Source of the DNA: Raphidiopsis brookii D9
GTDB taxonomy: Bacteria > Cyanobacteriota > Cyanobacteriia > Cyanobacteriales > Nostocaceae
Assembly (NCBI GenBank): GCA_000175855.1
Contig: ACYB01000036.1
Coordinates: 35,497 to 67,496 of the forward strand
Reading direction: 5' to 3'
DNA length: 32,000 nt
Numbering within the stretch: position 1 is the first letter of the stretch; the number at the start of each line of letters is the position of its first letter. The notes beneath the pieces were generated by a model. The model saw only the letters and a list, made by a program, of their open reading frames with translations. It was not told the DNA's origin and did no database searches. Shown here piece after piece: positions 19,302 to 28,923 of this stretch. A program made the position numbers and the translations under genes.

Positions 19302-19350
19302 ACGAAGCTCTCGCTATAGATAATCGTTCTTTACCCCTAAAATTTTCCCT
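19302..19350 (+). repeat. degenerate copy of the short repeat family also found at 31809-31972 (left flank of the DISARM-like island)
   Basis: ACGAAGCTCTCGCTA-N12-CTTTACCCCTAAAATTTTCCCT here, versus ACGAAGTACTCCCTA-N12-CTTTACCCCCTTCACAATTTTCCCT at 31809-31860. Both are in the same orientation. Confidence 0.5.
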
Positions 19351-19672
19351 ATAGGACTATCTCCTAGTCCTAATCTTTGACGTTCTTGATTAGCGATCGC
19401 CTCGGCAGTGACTTGAACAGGCATTCCACTGACATTGTATTCCGGTGGATATTTTCGAGGAAGGGGTGATTTCATTATTTATTCTAATTCGAGGTAATTT
19501 TGGCATAATTCCTCCAATTGCTTAATAATCCCATCGGCTTTTTTCAAAACTCACACATACCTTAATTAATACAACGGTGTCAAAATAACCCAGTTAATAA
19601 TGTCCCTGTTTAATGTAATAGGAACTGAGACTGAAAACTAACTTTGGCTTTAATAAAAACGGGTGAAGCTAT

Positions 19673-22600
19673 CTATAAGTGGGCAAGTTTTTTTATGTTC
19701 TCTCTCCATTCCTCGTTGTATTTCAATACCAGTACTTGGTACTTTGTCTCCCTCCTCACCTTTTCTCTCTTTCTTTTGTCTTCTCTTTTCTGCTCTTCTG
19801 TGTCATGCACAGACCCATCACAAAAAATGGCAATTTTGTCTATGTATACAAAGTCTGCTTCACAATCAGTCCCTGGTATTAAAAATTGCGCAGCATCGGG
19901 CATTCTATATCCTCTTTCGTAAATCTCTTTTATCACTTCCCTCTCTAACTCAGATCTCCTATCCGTCTGTAAATACAGTGTTTCAAATTCTTTCTCTCTG
20001 TCCATCTCCCTTTCTCTCTCTAAATAACTCTCCTTAATCTCTTCTAACAGTTCTTTTATTAAATGTCGGTTGATTAAGTTATGCTCATTCTGATTTCTAT
20101 AAGAAAGCAGGCACTGGTAACAAGCATAAACACAATCCTCTTTCGGTTCGTAAAAATGACAAATGTCTAGTGCTTTCTCCGCTATTTTATTCAGGTGTTG
20201 TTTATCTTGTAAAATCTGGGATAAAACTCCCGCTCCCCCCTCCGCAGCTTCCCAAAATAGTAGATATTTACCATTCCCCATTTTTTCTGAGTCTAGTTCA
20301 TTCGGTTCTAAGTTATAATGCTCTTGTATTCCTCTCTCTAAAGCATATTGCAGGCTTGTCATTATTGTCTCTGTGTCTTCTCTATTCTCACTTTTCCCCT
20401 GGTCTATGGTGTCTATTTTTGATTCCTCTGCTTCTTTAATTAATTCAATAATTAATATGTTACAAGTAATATTCACCATCAGAAAAATGTCACTTTTGGT
20501 TGTAGTGCTATTTTTCCCTATTTCTTCTTTATTCTCTTCATTCTCATTACTTATCCATTTGCCTGTTTGCGTATCTAAACAAAATCCTTGGTCTTTCTTT
20601 TTTGCTGACCCTCTATTAATTCTCGATATGCTCGCTGTCGCTCCATAAGTCAGTTTTAACAGATTCTTCCCCTCTTTGGTTTTTATTATTACCGTCTTTT
20701 TGTTCCCTTCACTATAACAAAAATGAGTGGTTATGTTATATCCATATTTTAATCTCTCTTCTTCATCACAAGTAATTCTTTGCTTTTTCTGAGTATATAC
20801 TGTATCCATGGATAGAATTTGATTAACTTTAGCACGTTCATTTTTATCTGAGTATGCTTTAATATCTCTTTCGCAATTTTCACACCAGTCTTTAGTATCA
20901 ATATTATAAATATAACCACAGTTAAAGCATACTGTTGCTCTCTGATATTGATTTTCTATACCACCGAGGATTTTACTCCTGGAGATCATGAATTTATCCC
21001 CCTCATGATAAATTATGTTCCGAGGAGCAAATTCTCTCAGAGCAACCGAACGCAGTCGAGAAATAAATTCACCCCCTGTTGGTTATTAATAAACGCCCGC
21101 ACCGGTAAACGGGGAAAATTAAACCCTGGTAAAAATCCCTCAGCAGCAAAGTAACGATAGGGATAAAATTCATTTTGTTGATTATTTCTACTGTTCCCCC
21201 CTATTAATAATTCCATCTGTCTTTTTGCCTCCTTTTCCTGTCTTTCATAGTCATCTGCTTCTGTTTTCCCTTGTAAATACTTATCCCTTTTTTTTGTCGC
21301 TTCTTCTAATTGTGCTTTTGCACTTTGGTAAAGTTTTCTCCACCTTTCACAGTGTTGATTAAACGCACTAGGTGCATTTTCTATAATCCCTTCTACCCAG
21401 TCTTTTATATACCAGTTGGTCTGTCTCAAGTCTTCTTGACAAAACTCGTCCGCTAAAATTTCCTCACAGGCTTTCACACAACTCTCAAATTTACTTACCT
21501 GCCTAAACTCATCACCACTCTTTCTGTCGTGATTATTAAACTCACTTACAGTCTTCCTAAGATTTATTCTTTCTATTATGTCATCCCGAAGTGGATAGTC
21601 CTTATCTCCCAGTTCTAAAATATTGGTCATAGAATCCCCCAAATATATTCCCGTATGAGCTAACCATATAGAATAAATGTGGGATTTAATTAAATCTTCA
21701 TTGCCTAGTTCTATTTTTGGCGGTGCTACTATACCAGATACCATTTGGGATTGTCTATGAAAAAAGTATTGGTCATGTCCACTACTATTGGAAGCATAAG
21801 TAATTACTAAGGCTTCTTGTCCACTTCTCCCTGCTCTTCCACTTCTCTGTGCATAATTAGCTGGATTAGGTGGAACATTACGTAAATGTACCACACTTAA
21901 ATCAGAAATATCTATTCCTAATTCCATTGTAGGTGAGCAAAACAAACTCCCTAAAATCCCCTGTCTAAATTTCTCTTCCCGCTCCTGACGCACTTGACTA
22001 GAAACCTGTCCCGTATGTTCTCTACCCTCTATTGTTTGAATCTCTCTAGCATGATTCTGGTAGAAGTTTTGAAAGAAACTGTTAACCGTAATTTTATTTG
22101 GTTCTGTATCTTTTAATCCCTTAAATGATAGAATATCTACCGGAATTTCTGCCTTTTGGGCAGATTTCCAAATCAAACAGTCAACTCGCAATTGTATTTC
22201 TAACGGCGTTAAATCCGAGTTAGAGTTAGCCTTACTTTTTTTCGTTAAAATTCCAACATTAATTAAAGCAAGAATTAAACACCTAATTAAATCATTGTAC
22301 TCAGATTCACATAAATCCGTACTACGACCAGACCAGTTATCACAGGAACGTAAAAACTTACCCAATTTACTGTAAGCAGTCAGTTTTACCCTAGTTTCAT
22401 CATTGGTTTGCTTAGAAGTAGAATCACCAGTTTTGTTTAGCACTGCCCACCTAGCCATCTTCGGCTTTTCATCAGGCTCAAAAGCCCATGGATCCTTTAT
22501 AGCTTGATTAACATTTCGTACCAGACTATCCTGTTTATCCCTCTGCAATAAAATTGCATCCATAGCCAATTCCCTTCTTAAAAGGTCCAGTAGCACAACA

Positions 22601-24918
22601 CAGGCCTTGTATCTTTCAGAAAAACTAGCTTCTAAAAGAACAACATGGCTATGCTTTTGCCAAACCTCCTTGTTACGACAAGCCTCCTCTAGTCCATCAT
22701 ATTCAATCTCTAACAGTCCACATTGCTCCAAATTCGGTTGTACAATTCGCCATCCCCGTCGCAAGTCTTGGTATAGTCGATACTCTATTAATTGGGCAAA
22801 AGCATTTTCATTTCTTCTTCTACCATTGTCAAACTCCACCACCTCCTTAGCGTAGTCACCTTGAGACAGATTCATTTGCTTAATTACAGCAGAAACTAGA
22901 CTTCCGTGCCTTAGTTCCCCCTCCGCTTGCAGAGCACCTAACAAAGCACCCCTTAAAAAACTGGTTTGAACAAAATCATTAAAATGTCCTGCTTGTAAAG
23001 AAGCATCTTGACGATTATCAGTAAAACTCAGGATTTTAGCAGCTTTCGCCTTTTCCCCTTTGAAAATGCTTTTCAACCGGGTAACAGTGGATAAACATAA
23101 GAGCGTAGTTGCCGTACTTCTTCCTTCACTGCTTAAACTAGATAGTTTAGAAAACTCATTCTTATGACCAGAATGAAAAGTTCCACAATGTAAACAAAAC
23201 CTAAAAGGGTGAGGAACAAACCAACAGGTATTCCCCTCTAGCAGGGAACCTATCTTCCCAGATGGTAATATTTGCAGTGATTGGGGGACAAAACGTTCAT
23301 AATCTTTTTTTATTTCCCTTCCCCTCCTTTTCGTTTCTTTGAACCAGCTATCGGGTAATTTTTCTCGGTCCTGTGGATCATGCCAAAGATTAGGTCGATT
23401 TAGGATTAGGTAACCTGAGATTTTTGGGTCCTCCGAAACCTCATCATCAAAACTACGGGGGAAAATGCCTTCATTTGGTAAGTAATTAACCAAGTAATAA
23501 TCCTGTCCACATTCCCGGCAAAACACTAGGGGAAAAAGTAGCCGATTTTCAGTGGTGGAATATTGACCATCAAGGGTTAAAACTCGATACTCGGGATTTT
23601 CAATAGTAGAGTACACATTTCCCGCTTGTGAGATAAATTGATGCAATCGAAAAGTTAATCCTTTCACCCTACTTCCCCATAAAAACATCTCTTGAATGAT
23701 GTCTAAACAAGTCTCTTGAGGAATTTGTGTTTCGTCAGCTAAAAGTTTGGCTCCTGCTTCTAAAGTAATAGGCGTACGTCTTACTAACACATGTCGTTTA
23801 TTCTCTTGTTTATCTTCTTCTTTTCCCCTCTCTAATGTGTGTTCTAATACTTCATCTAGTCCAAAAGTTGTTTCCATCCAATAGCTGAGGGGATGAGCCT
23901 TAAACTCTTCTATAGTTTGCTGTGAAGTTTCTGATAATCCTTCAATAATGCTAGTACGTAACTCTTCAACCGTAGGTTTATGTCTGACTATAGAGCGTTG
24001 TAAAGATTCAGTGATGACATTTTGTTGGAGAATTTGTTTACCGAATATTTTACTGGCTACATTAGCTACTACTTGACGACGACTCACAAGAGAGTTTTCC
24101 GTAGACATAGTAGCACTAGTACCAATATATAATAAATCTTGACCACAGCGCTGGCGTAACTTACGGATAAGAATAGCCACATCAGCACCTTGACGACCTC
24201 GATAGGTATGTAATTCATCAAGGACCAGAAATTTTAAGTGAGGGGAACTGACTAATTTTTCTTCATGCGTGCGAGAGAGCATCAGTTCCAGCATTACATA
24301 ATTAGTCAGGAGGATGTGGGGGGGATTATTTTGGATTTCATTCTTGGTTTGTAAACTTTCTTGTCCCGTATATTTAGCAATGCGGATAGGGGAATTGGGT
24401 ACATTAGCAAGAAACTTATTTAATTCTTCCTCTTGGGAATTAATTAGAGCATTCATAGGATAAACTAGAATTGCCCTCACACCTTTTATTTCAGGATTAT
24501 GGAGCAAATCATTAAATATAGGAACAATATAAGTCATACTTTTCCCCGAACCCGTTCCCGTTGTTAACACATAGGATTGACAAGTTTGTGCCACCTCAAA
24601 AGCCCGTTTTTGGTGGAAATGAAAATGAAAAGGTTGGTTATTTTTAGAGAAATAGGCAATACACTCAGGATGGAGGAGACCTTTATCTACCAATTCAACT
24701 ACTGTTGCTCCTGGTGTATATTGGGGATTTAGTTGTAGTAAGGGAGAATTCCAAAATTTTCCACTAGTTAGTTCCTGATTGACAAATTCTTCAACTCGTT
24801 GATCCTGAATTTTTAAAAAACTTTTTATGTAGCGGTGATAGTCATCAACTATCTCTTGACGGAATTGAAAAATATCTAGAAAGTTAGGGAAATAGTGAGG
24901 GTGGTTCATTGATTTCAT
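19673..24918 (-). pseudogene. DExH helicase fused to DUF1998/MrfA-Zn and a Vsr/DUF559-like nuclease domain (DISARM DrmA+DrmB-like; ~1,748 codons), one single-base frameshift
   Basis: ORF pieces are 21037-24918 and 19673-20989. SF2 motifs are GTGSGKS, LDELH, GTSAT and QRSGRAGR, and CxxC pairs are CRECG and CLHCG. The lower frame is open upstream of its first Met and joins at the C5 run 21072-21076 (..AFINNQQG|GEFISRLRSVALREFAPRNIIYHEG..). DUF1998 signatures are FLPGFNFPRLP, CFNCG-x12-CENC, EAAEGGAGV and CVYACYQCLLSYRNQNEH. Confidence 0.75.
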
Positions 24919-24967
24919 TATTGGGTAATAGGGGTGGTTTTGGGTTTATTAAAGGGAAGGGAGAGGT

Positions 24968-27900
24968 TTAAAACAACCTATCCCAGGCTTGTAAAATCAA
25001 CCGTTGAGTTTTATACTCACCATACATTTTCAGCTCATTATTTTTAAGCACTCTAAAAGACTCACTGGGAAAATCAGAACCGTAGATATCCGTAGGGTCT
25101 AGAATGTAACGCATTTCATCACGAGAAAGATTATGGAGTTTACCATAATAAGCATCTAATTCAGCCCTAATTAAGGCTCTTCTCTCTATGTTCCAAAAAA
25201 AAGGTTCACCCTCATATCCCATCTCCAGAGCAAAAGGACGCATATCCCAGGTTGTGTATACTAATTCTAATACCCGGGGAGTAATATATTCTATATCTTT
25301 TTGGGTGTATCTTTCTGGGGGAATTATTGGTAGTTGTTTAACTATGAAAAAGTTAAGATGGGTGCTACCAACTTTTTGGCGGGTTACATAATCAAATACT
25401 AAGCTACTAAGATTAGCCACTAAACAAGAAACTAAACTAGTTTTTTCTAAAATTATTATTGGTGCACTATTACCAACCCCAACCCTAGGTAACAAACTAA
25501 AAATAGCGGTACGTTGATCAGTTGCACGACAGATATCTCTAAATGCTAAAAACCAACTGTGATCCCACTTTCCTGCTAACTTCTGGTCAACTTCTGTTTT
25601 ATCAACCCAATACCGTGGGAAACAAACAAAAGAAGGATCTTTCTTTTCGTCCTCTGTTAAATCTCTCATATCTCCACTGGAGGTATAAGTTCCCCACCGG
25701 TGATCAAACTGGTGAAACATCTTAGCTTCATATAATGGCACTAAACTATCACCCTTCTCATTTTTAAATACTCCACTATCATTTGCCATGTCAAACATCC
25801 TCATAAATGAAATTCCCCAGGGGTTAATTCCCGTCTTTTCATTTTCTATTACCGGTAGTTGGTGGTAGATTTTTTTTGTTAATTGTGCATCCTCACTAGT
25901 TCTAAATACTGGACATGTTAACGTGTTGGGGTTAATTAGAGCAATTTCTTCTGCTTTTAAGTTAAATACTCTGTTTTTTTCTTCCAGTTGTTTCGTTCTA
26001 CTCAAGAAAAATCCAAATCTGCTTTCTTCCGTTCTTCTCTTACTTATACCTAGTAAACAAAATTTATAACTGCGATGAACAGCTATAAATATTGCTTCTC
26101 TATTTTCAAAGTCATAAAGACTCGCCAAATGCTGTTGTTTAACCAAATCACCAAAAACATTTTACAAGTGTCATCTGTAGCAATACCAGTCGGTACTATT
26201 ATTCCCACCCTTCCATCTTCCTTGATTAAATTTCTCGCTGTTTCCGCAAAAATTGAGTAAGTATTAACATCACCCACAGCAGTTAAAGGGAATCTCCCTG
26301 ACTCCCGAATAAATTTATTTTGGGCTTCCGCATCATGACTCGCCTGTTCAAATTCTTGAGCCAGTTGGGGATTTTTTTGGGGTAATTCCTTAATCAGTTT
26401 CTCCCTAGCTGCCTTATTCTTTGCTGTAGCTATTTCATTGCTCCGTGATGCAAAAAATTCTTTCTGCTGGATTTTTATTCTCTCCCAGGGGGATTACCTA
26501 ATACACAATCAAAACCTCCATTTTTAAAAACTTCTGGGAATTCTAATTGCCAATGAAAAAAGTGATATTTTTTAGCGAGTTCATTACTGTTTTTTATTAT
26601 TTCTGCTGAACTTAAATTTCCTTTCAACAGTTCCATTAAAATCGAATTAGTAGGCAATAACTCTAAAGTTTTCTCCGTTACAGATATAAAAAAAGCTGCC
26701 GTCCATAAATTACATGCAGAGTAATCACTCCACATATCACTTCTCAGCTCTTCATATTTGCTGGACTTTTCTTTAATCGACTCAGGATCAATCTCACTTA
26801 CTTCCCCCAGCACCTCAGCTTTCTCCATATATTCTTCCCTCGTCTCCTCTCTTTCTTCAAACCATGGCATCACCAATTGTAAAGACCCTAACTCCCTTTT
26901 ATTTCTCTTTTTTACACCAGTGACGATTTTTTTATCATCCCCACTTATAGCCTTAAAAGCACCATCTGGTATTCCTTCTTCTAAACATTCTAGATCTAAT
27001 ACTCCCACCAACGAATTCCCACATTTTATCCGATGATCTAAAAAGTTTAGGGGTTTTCCACTACAGAAACCTTCTATCCATAATCCCACCTTGCATAAAT
27101 CTACTGCTAAGGGATTGATATCTACCCCATAAATACAATTTTGTATCACCTCCCTAATTGCTTCCCTTAACGACGAAGCACCAGGTTGAATATCTCCCGT
27201 TCTGATTTTTGCCAATTCCTTACCCAATCTTCTTGCTGCTGCTAATAAAAAATGTCCTGACCCACAAGCAGCATCCACCACCTTTATACTCAGTATTGCT
27301 CTTTCTTGTGTCTTCTCATTTTCCTGCGCCATTTTTTCTTTAATTACTGGCTCCAAAGCCGTTTTTATTAATTCTTGTACCAAGCTAGGTGGCGTATAAT
27401 AAGAACCAGTTGTTTTTCTTTCACTACTAATATCCACAACTAATTTAAAACTAGAGTTATACTTATCCAGAGTTATTTGGGGATGAAAGTCCAATAAACT
27501 TTCATAAACACTACCCAACTCCTCCACATCCAAAGCCCCATAATTTACCTTTCGTATTTGTCCATTTTCATAATACAGAGATAAACAACGCAAGGCATTT
27601 AATAAGTGAGAATTATCAATAGAACTTGTTTCCAAAAGTGTTAAACTTTCAGAACCAAATAGGTCACCATTTAATGGCGATAAGTCTAACATACTTCCTC
27701 GCCATTTTTCATCGAATAATTTAAAAGTTATACATAAACCACACCATAAATCCTGAAAACTTTCAGTTCCTGAAGGCAATATTTCTGCTAAAACCCTTAA
27801 CCTTTGTATACTATAATACCGATTATAAATTTTACCTTTTTCCGATTCCGAATCCAATAAAAGTAAATTACGCGATTCTGCAACCATCAGAAATAACAGA

Positions 27901-28840
27901 CGATAAATTAACCTTAATAATTGGCGATAAAGGTTTTGGTCACCTGATGGTCCATGTAATTTTTGGCGCAGAGAATCATTATCCCAATGTTGTAAGAATC
28001 CATTCCCTAAATATTCCAGTGCTTTTTCCACTCCATCTCTGAGTTTCTCTCTAACCCTCCCCCCCTCTTCTAATCCTTTTTGATAATAATCTTCCAGTAA
28101 ACATGTTTCCGGATTTTCACTAGAAATTGGCAATCTAGATCTATGAAATAGTCGATAGAATAGACTGAATTCAGCAAAATTTTCATCTTGAATAATCTGT
28201 TCTAAATTAAACTCTATATAGCTTAATCTAGTTAGTAAAGAAGAGTCACGCAATAAACGCCAACGAATACCATTTGACGCGATCGCCCAGAGATGTTCAG
28301 TAGCGTTGAGGTATTCTTGAACTAAACTATGAGCGGAAATGCGGGAAGATCTAGTAATAGGTTCACTATTGGATGTAGTGGTAGAGCGTTTAGGGAGTTT
28401 TTCTAGTTCTTGACGACAACCGATAATATGAATAGGGAGGAAAGAAAAAATAGCTTCAGGGTCATAAGGAACAGGAACAGCGCGATGGGAGATAGAATAG
28501 GGAGTTGAGCCAACCATTTCCCTCTTACCACAGGGGACAACCTGGTAACCAAGAGTCCGCAAAAGCGGTAACGCTAACATTTCTCGAGTTACCGAAGTAG
28601 CAGAATCCGTAGAGGAAAGTCTTTCACTTTGTCGTTTAAAGGCATACCAGTAGGCTTTAACATCTCCCCAAGCGACAGCTAATTCATCCTCAATTCTGAT
28701 TCCTTGAGGAAGACCAAAATCTTCTGGTAACTGACCCTTATAAGAAGGTTCAAGGATTGAATTGAGGATATCAGGAATCAGTAAGTTACCATGAAGACCA
28801 CTCCGGATAAAGTAGACTTAGCTGTTCTGGGTGAGGGCAT
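24968..28840 (-). pseudogene. large N6-adenine DNA methyltransferase, Eco57I/PglX-like (DISARM DrmMI-like; ~1,291 codons), three single-base frameshifts
   Basis: Pieces in gene order: the ATG at 28840 (MPSPRTAKSTLSGV), a shift at 28798-99, then an open frame through ORF 26475-28580 (motif I VVDAACGSGHFLL). A shift at the G5 run 26488-92 turns GNPPGRE* into GNPPWERIKIQQKEFF. A further shift at 26153-63 leads into ORF 24968-26146. Confidence 0.75.
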
Positions 28841-28923
28841 AACACTAACAAAATAGTCAAATTATGATTATAACATATTGAAAATGGTATTTAACAAATA
28901 ATCTTGGTACATTGGAGGAAAAA
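28841..28923. promoter_or_regulatory. divergent AT-rich control region between the methyltransferase operon and the SNF2 gene
   Basis: It is a short gap between two divergent starts. It contains TATAAC (28869-74), and a GGAGG Shine-Dalgarno at 28914-18 lies 5 nt before the ATG at 28924. No promoter was mapped. Confidence 0.3.

Noticed and set aside
19314-19475. 53-codon minus-strand ORF (MKSPLPRKYPPEYNVSGMPVQVTAEAIANQERQRLGLGDSPIGKILGVKNDYL) with a faint ImmA/IrrE-like N-terminal flavour
   Set aside because: It falls below a sensible size threshold. Its C-terminal third is encoded by the flank repeat and by the TAGGACTA/TAGTCCTA hairpin, so the apparent LGLGDSP motif is probably a by-product of those elements.
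19644-20648. Plus-strand ORFs 19644-19922, 19663-20037, 19679-19882, 20170-20439 and 20373-20648
   Set aside because: Their translations are Ser/Leu/Phe-rich and low-complexity, and they lie antisense to the Glu/Lys-rich DUF1998-nuclease region. They are typical shadow ORFs.
21072-21076. Homopolymer tracts at the frameshift sites acting as phase-variation switches for the defence genes
   Set aside because: The tracts are only 2-5 nt long, far shorter than typical contingency-locus repeats. The same kind of break also occurs in non-defence genes (dioxygenase, ArsR regulator, peptidase).
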